NCBI GenBank assembly: GCA_002633005.1
Contig: NMRA01000563.1
Coordinates: 62,001 to 126,000 of the forward strand
Direction: 5' to 3'
DNA length: 64,000 nucleotides
From: Phoronis australis
Taxonomy: Eukaryota > Animalia > Phoronida
Part shown: one piece after another, positions 12,201 to 39,507 of the stretch
Layout of the letters: each line of letters begins with the position of its first letter
Position numbering within the stretch: the stretch's first letter is position 1
Program-made: the position numbers and the translations under genes
The notes under the pieces: generated by a model
Told to the model about the DNA's origin: nothing
The model's input: the letters and a program-made list of their open reading frames with translations, nothing else
The model's database searches: none

Positions 12201-15200
12201 CCAATTTTTGGAATGTTAAAATGACCATCATCCCTTGTAGTTGTGCAGTATTTTGAGACACACTGGCTGCATTTCAATGCTTTGCTTTGCTCGTGTACTA
12301 TAGTTGTGGAATGTCGGATGCTCATTCAGCCCAGCCATGATGTGACTGTAGTCTTTCTGACACAACCATGACTGTCTTAGTTCAGTCACTGTACAATTTA
12401 GGTATTTTTATAAATACTCTTCACTAGTGTTGAAAGTGGAGGATTGTTGCATAACGATGAGGTGAATGGTCTGTGATAGACAAGTAATATTTGTGGTGAC
12501 ACTTTAAGTACCCTAGTGAATCTTAAAGGCCATTGATTGATTGTGCAATTATTGATGAACCTCAGAGCTTGCTAGGGCTAGTAACATACTTCCACTAATG
12601 GTGTCTAATTATAACTGTACTCCCTTCTTGTTGTGGATGACTCTTGAATGTGCTACTAGTTGATGTCTGTATATCCCGTCTTCACTGGTATCTGATATCC
12701 CTGTTAGATGCCAGCTCCTAATAATGATTGGAAAATACTGATCACAATTTCTAATGCAATGTTGGGTTTGGGCTTTTACCAAGTTTAGTGGCCAGACATT
12801 GATATTAGCTAATTTACATGCAAAGTTCATATAAAAATGCAGTTTGTTATTCAGAGATGAGCAAATTGTGTGGGTTTGAGTGCTGAAATTCTCTGTAAAT
12901 AGATGTTTAAATGAACAAGAACTATAATAACCCGCTGGTGTATGTCGATCTTGAGACAAATGACAGGAAACTTTGAAAGTTGTCCTATCACATTCTCAAT
13001 TAAGTCCTGTAAAAATAAGATTTTTTTACATGGACATTTAAGTGAAAATGGTCAAAATTCAGGGCTTGTTGGTAGCGGAAGACTGGACTTCACCGACACA
13101 TGGACATTGAAAACAGTACATTTTACTTGCTGTATTGTTTGTCCTCCAGTGGTCGTAGAACAGTTTTGGTATTCTGGGATCGCAATAGCGTTGCAGTGTG
13201 TCATTAGACATGATGCTGTACCATACAACACATTTTACATACTAGTTACACTGTACAATACATAGCTTGCCTGTGCAATTTTTTAATGTCTTAGCGGCAG
13301 ACAGTCTACCGTTCGATAAGAACAACTAAGGCAACATCAGGTCATTTAGTCAAATACGGTTACAGTTACCTGATAGGAAGTTATAAATACAAAATATTAT
13401 AAGGAACTTGAAATTGGAATAACCTTTCACTTGTACATGGCTATGGTATTGTAAGAACCTCACAGGGATCAGTTTTCGTTGATGCTGACGCAAATGAATG
13501 TTAGTGTTGAAGGTATTAGGTTATGGGAAGATAGGTTAGAATGTCTCCTTGTTCAGAATGCTTGCGAAATACGTATTTTTATTTTGTTAGCATTTTGGTC
13601 ATTCTGCAGCAATCAGTTTGTTATGTATTATTGTCTAAGGGTTGATTGTTTTCAAATTACAATTTGTTTTGTTCTCAATGATTTATTTTAACTTTTTAAG
13701 CACCTACAGGAAATGTGCGATATGTAACTTGTACTGTTACAAATGGTGTTGTGCNCCCCCCCCCCCCCCCAGTGGGTATCCATTAGTTTAATATTCACTT
13801 TTGGTATCCACCTGTCTGCCACATTCATTGAAGAATGAACACGCATGTAGGTTTGTATTAAAGATGCTATGTCTCATTAAAACCATGAATATTCAAATTT
13901 GTAGCAAGCGGCACCTGGTGACTTCCTGGAGAACTGTGTGTGCTAGTATAATCAGGAAAAGAAACAATTTGTAAATAAAATGTGGCTTTAAAGAAAACAC
14001 CCCAACAGATATACTTGAAAACAAGTGTGAATATATTGAAAATCCTAGTAATTCCACATATTACGCAATCATTAATTGATAGCGGAATGAACAAATAATA
14101 AAACCTGTGCTTTGTATCATTAGGGTAACGATGAAATATTACCATACTCATTTTCTTAAAAATAGTCCAGCAAAACGAGACTTTCTTGTGATTGTAATGG
14201 TAACTGGTTCTCGAAACACCCGGGGTTGTTTGTAAACTAGTACTTCATTTGCATATTTACAATTTAATAACACATAGCATCTTATAGGTGACCATGACTG
14301 GCATCCATTATTGGATGGCTTCAACAGTTGCAGTACTAATGATTTTTTTAGTCTTCTTTGTACCAAACTCAATGCATACGAGGATTGCTATTTGCCAATT
14401 TTCGTATGACTAGCACTGCACCACATACAATAAATTTGAGCTTCAGTTGTATTGCTTTGTATTGTGTTTGAAATATTGAGCATCTCTTGAATCTGTGGCA
14501 TTTGGGATCTGCAAGGGAGGCACATGTCAGTGCAAGGGAGGCATATGTCAATGCAAGGGAGGCGCATGTCAATGTAAGGGAGGCGCATGTCAATGCAAGG
14601 GAGGCACATGTCAATGCAAAGGAGGCGCATGTCAATGCAAGGGAGGCGCATGTCAATGCAAGGGAGGCGCATGTCAATGCAAGGGAGGCACATGTCAATG
14701 CTCAGCATTGCTGTTGTATGAAAACTGTATGGAATTAATCTTTAGATTGATTCATAATTTACTGAGATACTGTGTCCCTTTGAGAATTAGTGCTATGATG
14801 AACAATTATAGTTAGCTATACCTGTATTAAGTGAAGCAAATGGGAACAAGTATTTAGCCACAATAATCTTACTAGTTTTATAGTAATTTTCCACATAGTT
14901 TCACACCTTTACACTTTGTGCCTTGCACAGTCTGAGAGTGTAAGGTTAATTTGAAGGGGTTGATTTAACATTTATGGCACATTTCAAGAGTAGTCAATGC
15001 ACATTATGTTGTAGGTAATTTATTGTCATTGATTTCATAAACTTTGTCCTCTACTGTGACTAATAATAAAGAAATACCTAATGAGTGCCCTGACCTCTCG
15101 CATACCACTTGGCTTATCCCCAACTTAATGAAATGTAAAGTGCAGTGTCAGCAAGGTTGTTGACTTGTTACCATGACAACAAAATTTGTTATGACAGCTG

Positions 15201-18200
15201 TGTCCATAGCAGCCCTATTGCTTTAACAGCTTACATCAGAGGCTCAGGCTTGATTGATTCTAGCTAGAGATAATCAACAGACAAGCCTATGCCAATATTA
15301 CCCATGTTTGTTTGTAAATTTGCTCTTTCAATATACTGATCAATAACTGTCCTGGATGTAGGGTCTTTGTTCAGTACACTTGCCTGTCATGTGACCATGT
15401 GTCAAGGGCAGTATTGGTTGATGTTTTATCAACACAACATAACACAACACAAACTGCTTCGATCCCCCCTCCCTCCCCTTGAGCTTCTTTTTATTTGCCT
15501 ATTGTTAGTCTCCAGTGTTTATATGAATTAGACATGTTACTTGTACAGAATTGTTTGACTAGGCCTTAGGGCAATGACTGCCTGCTGAACTTATTGTTTG
15601 TCAGTAGAGTGCTATACAAAAGTCTTTTATGTATTTTATGTATTTTATGTTATAGTAAAGATGGATTTTTAGTTAGAATGTTTCAACTGGATGTCATGCA
15701 TCGGTCACCCATTGTTTTTGTGGACATGATGACCATTGTCTTGTGTAGATCATCGGTCAGAAAGTCTCTGGGTCAACCGCCTGTCCCAGTGAACGGCTGG
15801 CCACCGTTGTTGAAAATCAATTGGCTCTGTAATTAGTCAATTGAGAGTGTAATTAGTTGGACATTGTTTGCTCAACTAGCCCACAGGAATAAGACTTGAA
15901 TTAATAATAGAGAATTTGACGTCATATTTTATTCAACAAGGCTTTATTGTTGCTTTTCCAATTCATTGAATGAAAGTCAAACCAAGCTGCCCATCATCTA
16001 TTTTTCCATTGCTTAGTGAATGGTCTCGTGGACAATCCATTGAAACAGTCGACAGTATTAAGATCAAAATTAATAGAACTCTGTAGCAGATTGGTATAAT
16101 TAAGGTGTGATGTTTGGTTCTAAGGCCTTGCTTCATACTGCTATGTCATGTCTCCCACCTGAAATTGTCCTCTGAACTTTGTGTTTTTACCTAGCTTAAG
16201 ACAACTACTTGAGGATTTATTTATTTTCCGTAGCTATATGTAGATGTACCCTATATGGGTTTACTACTTTGTTTTGTTTCACTTTAACGATTTATTTGTG
16301 CTATGTTTACCTGTTGCCTAGATATTATGTTAATTTGATATGTGTGCAAGAATGTTATCCATTGTCTTTACTTATATTTATGTAGTAAATTAATAACAGT
16401 AATGAAATCCCTAAGCATAGCCTGAGATTGACGTAATAGCAGGAAACGTGAAGTAACAAGCAGGTGGTCGCATTTTCCCAAATCGTATTTCCGATATTGT
16501 AATTAAGTCTGAGCAATGCAACGATAACATGCCATGCACGATCTTGTCATAATCATTTTCACTGCAATAAAAATTATGGTTATATCCCAAAGCAGCTTTG
16601 AACCGTTGATTTCTGTTTTGTCCCATCATGAAGAAAGTATTGTTCCCAAGACTGTGCATGTACTTTCTTTGTTCTTCANCCTTCACCTCTTAGTGAAGAG
16701 TGTTAATGAAAATTTGAAAATTACGGAAGAAGTCTGTGACACTGACAGATTGTGTGCCTTTTTAAAATGTGCTTATTTTAAAATGTGCTTATTTTAAAAT
16801 GTGCTTATTTTAAAATGTGCTTATTTTAATTAATATTTATTCTCTACTGTGTGTTCAAAGTCGATGTAATGGCGCCTTACATCAAAAACTGATTTAATAT
16901 TTGGACCCCTGTGCCATTATACGACCAATCTCTGTTTGTTTCTCAGACTAAAGGTTATTTGTGGGCTTTGGAATAAGGTATAGTTCGTTTTGCCTGGCTC
17001 ACACTTGTTATTGTAAGTTAATAGTCCGAGCATGGTCTTCAGCTATAGCTCAGTTCTTCCCAAGCTCAAGAACCTCTTATCATCTGAGTAAGAATCAAAA
17101 TGAGGACAATTTAAAATTGATCAGGTTAGGATCACTTGAAACATCTTTAAATTACAGTTTGAAAAGTTACATACATGTTAGACAAAGCTCTTTAGACCAA
17201 CGCAACAGCTCTCCATCAACCTAGTAAATTTGCCTCACCTGAGGACATGAACGGAAAACAACATAGATTTATCCATGTGTGTCCATGGTGGCTGCAGCAA
17301 CACTTGCTAAAAAACAGCTGTTTAATTTCTGAGTTACGTAAAGAGGTGTGTTAACAACAGAGTAGCACAGGTTCTTCAAAATGACTTGTGTATGGAATTG
17401 TCTTCAGTTTAGTATGTGTTTGATGTCAGCAGCTTGTCGATATCAGCATATCAGGGTACTGAGGTGACGATTAGAGAGCTTTATGAACTTAAGTTTATAA
17501 AAATACAGTAAAGTCTATGCCTTCAGTTGCTTCACATCAAAAGTTAATTTTTTGATGTGATGCTGGTTCAAAATCGCTATTAAGTTCTCCTTGAACCATT
17601 AAGGAATGGAGACGTTTACCTAGTTACGTTAGCCAACACCAGCTTATCTTTCTTGTATCGCACATAAAGTAGTTCACTTCCCAGTTTGGCCACTAGAGTG
17701 CACTGTCAATGAACTGTTCTTTGGACCCTGCATGTGATTTTCTGTTTTTGCACAAGAGGTCCCCCTTACAAGAAGAGGTCACCACTGTGACAATGCACAA
17801 GCTGACTAATTGTCTTCTCTGACTTTTGGCAACGCAGTAACAAAGTGAATTTTCTTAAAATTGCTGTTTATTCACAACCACTTTTATCAACGGTATTTGA
17901 TTGTTTGAGTTTTTAAGTTACGTAAATGATTGGCTTGACAACACTATGTTGGTTTTGGATAAGACAGATGTCACCTAATCACTTTTCTCATATTTTGGTC
18001 AATTTTATTCGTCTTGTGCATAACAGTCTCCACACAAAGTACTCCCTTATGGACATTAATGATTATGGAGTTATTAAGCCTCAAAATTGGTGAGGAATGA
18101 TGAAGGAAACCTGAAGAATAACACAGGTGTGTTTGACTAGGAGCACTCCTCTATGTCACAGTTACTGTGTGTATGGGTTATGTGGAACAATATTACATAA

Positions 18201-18346
18201 CATGTAATAAGCGCTGTATAATCAGATGACCATGCTTATGGTTATGTGTATATTCTAGGGTCATCTTGCTGGAGAGCCACCCAACCAATGCACCTTCTGA
18301 CAACGTCAACCTATACATTCTAGCTGGACATGAAAACACATACTGA
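249..18346 (+). CDS. MAP4K3: MAP4K3/MAP4K5-like (GCK-I, happyhour) kinase, 3' partial: C-terminal CNH domain, 11 coding exons; kinase-domain exons lie upstream of the window
   Basis: Exons 249-290, 1389-1614, 1901-2006, 2869-3031, 3369-3466, 3719-3801, 6246-6320, 6622-6714, 7324-7394, 8845-8900 and 18259-18346(TGA) are all AG/GT-flanked and phase-compatible. Spliced peptide: [55 protein letters not shown]...RNPYNGYKYLCGA...QWYEPLNKFMLLK...VTQLEKDSILV...[71 protein letters not shown]...NLYILAGHENTY*. This is recognisably the MAP4K3/5 C-terminus; it is co-orthologous, so the symbol is approximate. Confidence 0.96.
1584..1760 (+). repeat. 35-bp perfect tandem repeat x5 spanning a MAP4K exon end and splice donor
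   Basis: Unit GTCATCAAGGATGTTGTCATGTCACTGTCAGGTAG at 1584, 1619, 1654, 1689 and 1724. Confidence 0.97.
2034..2197 (+). repeat. 27-bp minisatellite x6
   Basis: Unit GCAGTTAGTGATGTAGAGTACTGGTAT; begins 28 nt after the donor at 2006. Confidence 0.97.
2566..2670 (+). mobile_element. Possible degenerate tRNA-derived SINE head
   Basis: B-box-like GGTTGTGGGTTCAGAGTTCC followed by a CORE-like CACTTGAGTCAGGTCTCTTAAGCTCCTC. Weak. Confidence 0.3.
6687..7052 (+). repeat. 39-bp degenerate tandem repeat x9 spanning a MAP4K exon end and donor
   Basis: Core CATTTGACTTCCCAGTAGAGTCAYTAGGTAAGTT; units register at 6691, 6730, 6768, 6807, 6846, 6885, 6924, 6963 and 7002. Confidence 0.92.
7587..8656 (+). mobile_element. 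Non-autonomous Helentron-associated element (HINE/DINE-1-like), best-preserved copy
   Basis: 5' subterminal ATGCGCCCA with a partial inverted repeat (ATGCGCCCACATAT..ATATGTGGACGCAT); (CCGT)n microsatellite; about 150-bp internal repeats marked by CTAGTGGC at 7801, 7946, 8107 and 8251; 3' subterminal TGGGCGCAT at 8623-8631; hairpin CAACGC-TCT-GCGTTG at 8634-8648; T-rich flanks. Confidence 0.8.
9428..10896. mobile_element. Non-autonomous Tc1/mariner-pogo-type DNA transposon (~1.47 kb), TA target duplication
   Basis: Left TA|CCGTATTCGCCCTAATAAGTGCCC; right GGGGGCTTATTAAGGCGAATATGG|TA (reverse complement CCATATTCGCCTTAATAAGCCCCC). No transposase ORF. Confidence 0.75.
11470..12296 (+). mobile_element. 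Degenerate copy of the same HINE family
   Basis: CCGTCATCTCTGTCTGTC head, ATGAAATTTG and CCCCCTAGTGGC motifs, 3' end GCATTTCAATGCTTTGCTTTGCTCGTGT. Boundaries are approximate. Confidence 0.6.
14510..14701 (+). repeat. 21-bp minisatellite x9
   Basis: Unit TGCAAGGGAGGCGCATGTCAA. Confidence 0.97.
16753..16829 (+). repeat. 16-bp tandem repeat x~4.5
   Basis: Unit TTTTAAAATGTGCTTA. Confidence 0.93.
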
Positions 18347-19218
18347 TAGGATGTCTCTTGGAGGACGGAATATGTGTTTGTGGAATTCCTGTTTGAACAT
18401 TCGTGTGAATGCCGTACACATAGTGTGTTTTGGTTGACATGTGTCCTCATTCAAGGAGAATGTGTCGTCAGTACTCAGTGCGAGTTATCTGTGTGAATGT
18501 GGACATGCCATCTTCCTCGGTAGACACATGGTGTATATTAGAGGACCGCTCACATGACAAGTGAATGGTCTCGTGGTGTTGAAAACACTGCCGTGCACGC
18601 CGCAGAGTTTGGTTCCTGGAAGGACAGGGCAGAGCCCCTGGTCGTCTGATTCATTATAAGACTGAAAGCTTATCATGTATTCATGGACACTAATAATATT
18701 TTAACTTACCATCCCCAGGTGGCATATTTCATCGATTAAGGACACAACATTCTGGACAAGTGAAGCTTTATTTTTTGCATTTTTTCATGCCGTAAAAGAT
18801 ATGTAGCACCAAATTAATGCTTTATAACATTTAGGTTACAATAGCCATGGTGTTTCCTCAATGATTTCACACAAAATTGAAATTTTGTTATTTTTCAAAA
18901 TCTGGTCACATTCCTGCAAAATGAAAACTTTACAAAGTATTGTCTCGTAACATCTGCAAGGTACTGAAATTTTCTTGATCTTTACTTTTGTGGGGACTTG
19001 TGACCAAATGTTTCACCTGTTTGCGGTAGTGTGTGCTAATTTTTGAGAAATTGTCACCATTCTTAACAATGTTCCAAGACCTTGAAAAATGAAAACAGGT
19101 CAATTTTGGCTTGTTAATTTTATTCGTAATTGGTGAGATATTGCCCATAGTTATGATTGCATATTGTATTGTAATTATAGACATGATCTTTCAGTTGGTA
19201 TAGTCCTGTAGTGGAATC

Positions 19219-19338
19219 ATGGGCGGATCTGGAGAGGGGGGTACTTGAGACTAGAGCTTGAGTCACACAGGTTAGCATTGACTAACAAAGATATCCAGGG
19301 TGAGATACAATCCTGGAAGTATCGTGGATCCACCCATG
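19219..19338. mobile_element. Tiny MITE remnant in the MAP4K 3' UTR region
   Basis: CATGGGCGGATC ... GATCCACCCATG inverted ends (11/12). No clear target duplication. Confidence 0.4.
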
Positions 19339-19411
19339 AAAACTGTGTTATGATTTCTTGTTTCAGTAACTATCTGGATTTTCCATTTTAGTTATTAGCT
19401 ATGATTAATTG

Positions 19412-19417
19412 AATAAA
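19412..19417 (+). terminator. Candidate MAP4K polyadenylation signal (alternative AATAAA at 20527)
   Basis: AATAAA about 1.07 kb after the stop codon. Confidence 0.35.
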
Positions 19418-19840
19418 GTTCATCCATGTACTTCTGGACTACATGCTTTTCAATACCAGTTGACATCAATGATGATGTGGTCTTAATCCTCCAACAACAG
19501 TATTTTATATCACTGTTGCCAGACAGTTTTGTAAATTAATTTACTATACTATTGTATTTTATGTGAATATGGTATTAGTTGTGTAGTTTGTTAACATTTG
19601 AATACTAATAATTGTCAAAAAGGTGCATCTGAGTTATTAAATATTCTAACAATATTTTATCTAGTTTTATTATTATGCCATTGTCTTAGGCATCGTGTTT
19701 TCTTTCCAAGTTGTTTTATATTTTAGGCAAATCCACCTAAGGAAGGTGTTATGAATGTTGATATTGTGACATTTGAATATTGGGAAACCACAGCAAAAAT
19801 GTGACTTAGGAATCATGTTTACACACAGACTGTCAAGATA

Positions 19841-20057
19841 TCATCCTCACTGGTATACAAGGATACCTTGTCATCACTGGTATACAAGGATACCTTGTCA
19901 TCACTGGTATACAAGGATACCTTGTCCTCACTGGTATACAAGGATACCTTGTCCTCACTGGTATACAAGGATACCTTGTCATCACTGGTATACAAGGATA
20001 CCTTGTCATCACTGGTATACAAGGATACCTTGTCATCACTGGTATACAAGGATACCT
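19841..20057 (+). repeat. 27-bp minisatellite x8
   Basis: Unit TCACTGGTATACAAGGATACCTTGTCA. Confidence 0.97.
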
Positions 20058-23000
20058 TCTCTATATATCTTTGTAATACATACGACAGGGTCATTTGGGG
20101 GCAGGTTATCTCTGTGTTCAAGACACACCCAAATCAATAGATCTATAAATTTAGGGTGGTTCAATGTATAAAGAAGCCGGAAAAGTGAATTTCGTTATGA
20201 AGCAGACCAAGTGAGAAGAATTCTGTTTCTATTGTTGAGGCTGAACTTGTAACTTGACCACTTTTCTGCAGGTGATTGATAAGGCCGCACAAAGCAAATG
20301 AAACTGCTCACAATTTTTAGCCCACCATTGGAGCTTGTATATAACCCTGAAAATTGAAATTCGGACCATCTTCACTCCTGAATAATTACACGAACGGACA
20401 ATTCCGTTTTCGTTTGAACGGGCCCAGGCTGTTAATAGTTTGTGAGCCTGTCTTGACCTGGTGTTAACTGAAAATTGTCAAAAATGTACGTAGCCCTGTG
20501 CTGTCGTTCTGGAAGTTAGAGTTAATAATAAAGTTATCGACAGTTGAAATGCTGCATCTTATGAAAAGACATGCTAGTAGCATTTTAATTCACGTGTGGT
20601 TGATGTGAACTATATCTGTCAGTTCTAAACCGTGCTGTGCTGAGGAAAGAGAAACAGTTGCTATATTTGAAGTGCATGACTTACTGATTCTATGGTGGCG
20701 CACGCGCCTGTTGTAGATTTACTTTTTCAACAAACACATAAACAACTGAAACTTTGGCTCGCTGTACCAGCGGGGCAGTGTGTCAACAGCCGAGGTTTAG
20801 CCTTGCAACCTGTTTTGGTCCAGTCGATAGTTATGTCTCGGAGATCAGTGCCCATGCATTGACATAACTGAAGACAAAGTGATAATTGTTAAAGCTCTCA
20901 CTTATCGCTACCATGTTGGGCGGATTGAGGTGCGTGGGCTTAACTTCTCCGGGTATGACAGATATACGCATCCACGGCATACCAGTTTTAGGGCTATCGT
21001 TAACGTTTCACGGTCATTTGAACATCTTGCACCCCACCTCCTTCCGTACACGACATCCTAGATCCCTCAGTATGTTCTGGTATTGCCGTGATAAAGTGTA
21101 TTTGATAATTCTGCAAGTAATCTATTGATCGCGTTGTAACCAGTTCTCGTATTTGAGCAACTGGAGATGGTGAAACAAAAGTTACCTGTTTTCACTCACA
21201 CTACAATGTATTTTCATGGTAAACACCACGATATAGATTTCCAACAGTTCCTTCATCACTACTTTCTTGGTCATTTCGCGAACATTTTGCCCTACACACG
21301 TATTTGCCCTGTACCGTCACAAAACATTTGGCTGGTCGGTTAAGATTAGAAATTCGATTGACAATAAAATCCCTTTTGTTTTGTGATTTAATTACAAATC
21401 GCAAATTCTTGCCGTTATCTGTCACAGATTCGCTGAAATCATTGGCCTATAGAGTTAAGATCAAGGCTGGTGACTTAAAATTCTCTACTGACTGGGATTT
21501 CATAAAGCCAGCAGAGCCTTTGACTGCGACGCGAGAGCTTCAGGGTCGATTTCGCGCTGGGACTGACCTAAACAGATTTATTTTTTCTCGACAATCAAGT
21601 AGCTGTTCGAATACCATCTATGAACTTTCAAAAATATACATCAATACTGAATGTGAACGCATAGGTTTGGAGATGTGTAGTTGGCGAAGCATGGGCGTTC
21701 TGATGACATTACTTATTCTTTCCTTTCATTTCGTGATACCATGGCAACGATTTCGTAGCAACATAGATTGGACGAAAGAGCTTTCCAAATATCCCTCTTT
21801 CGATACCTGCAATACCTGTCACGGACAGGATCATTGGGGATATGCTGGTGCATTAATCCCCTCCCCAGACCATCCCCGTGACAGCAGAAGGCCCAGAAGT
21901 CCAGGGCTGACGTTGCCTGTAAGCATTTGATTTATTGACAACACTCGCGCACGGCTCTTCTTGTGACTTTTAGCAGCATGGCCATAAATAATACCGGCTT
22001 CGAACAGTTGGCTGCCATCATTGAACTCAGGCAGTTGGGACGAAGTCTGCTCGAGGGTGCGTTTGTTGGCCAGCGTCTTTCGATATGACGTCGAATATTT
22101 TTTTTTTTAAAATACCCGTTTAAGTTAAAAAGGTTACTTAAAGCTGCTACAAACTCACGTTTCGTAAAAAATGAAATTTGACTTAAGAGAAGTGATTTCT
22201 GGACAGTCCGTCATTGATTTTCATTTGAACATTTACTAGACTATGCTCGGCTTCATTGTGAAACGACCTGCAGTCACACTGCTAGCCAACTTCGGTGTCA
22301 AGCAAAATCGAGCTGCTAGTTCTTTCTAACTACATAAATCGCCCGTAATTTGACTAAGGAATAACTTAGGCCCAGTCAAGTTCATAACCGTTTAAGTATT
22401 TTAGTCAAAAGTCTGTGACGGATATTTTCCGCCAATCATATTCACATGGGGCACAGCAGTCAGACCCCGTAAAATGGCATGAAAACAACGTACGCAATTA
22501 CTTAGATGGATGAAATTCTTGAAATCATGGACGTGGGGTCAATTCGACCAAACGTAAGGTCTTTCCTTTGAAGACGGTCATTTGATATCTAAACAAGCAA
22601 AAGAAAGGAACCGACAATAATTTTAGAAAAAAGTTGTTTGAAGGAAAAATTGAAATGATGCTTTACACATGTTCCGCAACATGTATGCTGACAGCTGTTC
22701 TACCACGTTTAAGCACATCTGTTGTGAATCAAAACAATACATCTTTCAAAGAAAATTGCGGTTTTTCGCGGGCCGTAAAATATGTTTACAAACCAATTGG
22801 CATTTGGTCCAAGATCGTTGACATTTGGGGCAAAATATCTTTGGTGTATTTTATGTAAAATATACAACGGATTAAACAACACTCGTTGATTTAAAAACTA
22901 GTTACTATTACAGGAGGATGTCCCGAGTGTTTTCCGCCAGTTGGCGGAGCTTGCGCCTGTTTGTTTGCATTGCGGTTTGCTTGAAAGTTGCTATTGGATC

Positions 23001-23226
23001 TCTGACTAATAGTCCTGTGTAGAGTAACCATCCGCCATGGAAGAGACACCTGTTTATCTACATTCTGAACAAAAGATAAATAGATAACAGCAAAATTGTG
23101 TGAAAAGTATTATTTGAACATGAATTTCGTGTACAAAGTTCCTACAGAGTATCGTGCTGATATGGGAAAATTTCTTTCAAAATAGTTCTTTGTTTTCGTA
23201 GTTGCGTATGAACACAACATATAGTG

Positions 23227-23764
23227 CGGAAGCCATCTTGCATTTACCGTCGATGACACTGGAGAAAGAATTCACTGACAGGTGAATAAGATTTACAGTA
23301 AAATTCAACAGGACGCACTTATTGTGTAATTATATGTTTTGTTTTAAAAGGAAATACTTTTAAAATATGAATACCGTGATGGCGTTGTCAAACTACCCAT
23401 CACCCGTTCATAAATAAGCGAATGTGTGTTATGGGCAAAGTGCGCTGGACGAGAACGGTCGACACTACGAGTACGACTCGAGTACGAAATGTTCCATATT
23501 TTCTCATTTGCATGATCTTAGTGATTCCCGTCCTAATACAATTTTTTAATGTCTAATCCCTGTTTCTCTAGGTGAAGTCTCTTCTAACTAGCTGACGGTT
23601 GCACTGTGTGTCACTTGGTTAAGAAGCAATGAAAGTTTACTGAGGATCTTGTGACTGTCTAATTGTCTTAGGCTTTGCTAGTCACCAACATCACGACATA
23701 GGACTACGGAGAGGGAGAAATGGAATTTGCTACTCCTGTTTGGTGTGATAGTTATCCGTCATAA
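23227..23764 (+). promoter_or_regulatory. Probable CDKL promoter and 5' UTR: ETS/YY1-like composite, non-coding exon ending 23281, intron 23282-23571
   Basis: CGGAAGCCATCTTG at 23227-23240 in a locally CpG-richer region; donor CAG/GTGAAT at 23281; acceptor TGTTTCTCTAG ending at 23571, continuous to the ATG. The TSS is not determined. Confidence 0.5.

Positions 23765-39507
<15,743 letters not shown>

Noticed and set aside
13755-13770. N plus poly-C run
   Set aside because: Likely a low-quality homopolymer; no functional inference possible.
14369-14815. Cys-rich CKGGACQ-repeat ORF resembling a metallothionein, plus three other repeat ORFs
   Set aside because: All derive from one near-perfect 21-bp minisatellite that is open in several frames on both strands; no convincing start or splice context.
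19773-20171. CHHWYTRIP-type repeat ORFs
   Set aside because: Translation of a 27-bp minisatellite downstream of the MAP4K stop.
21304-21930. Longest free ORF (208 aa) between MAP4K and CDKL
   Set aside because: TTG start, no recognisable domain or exon structure; probably transposon-derived, but I could not define termini.
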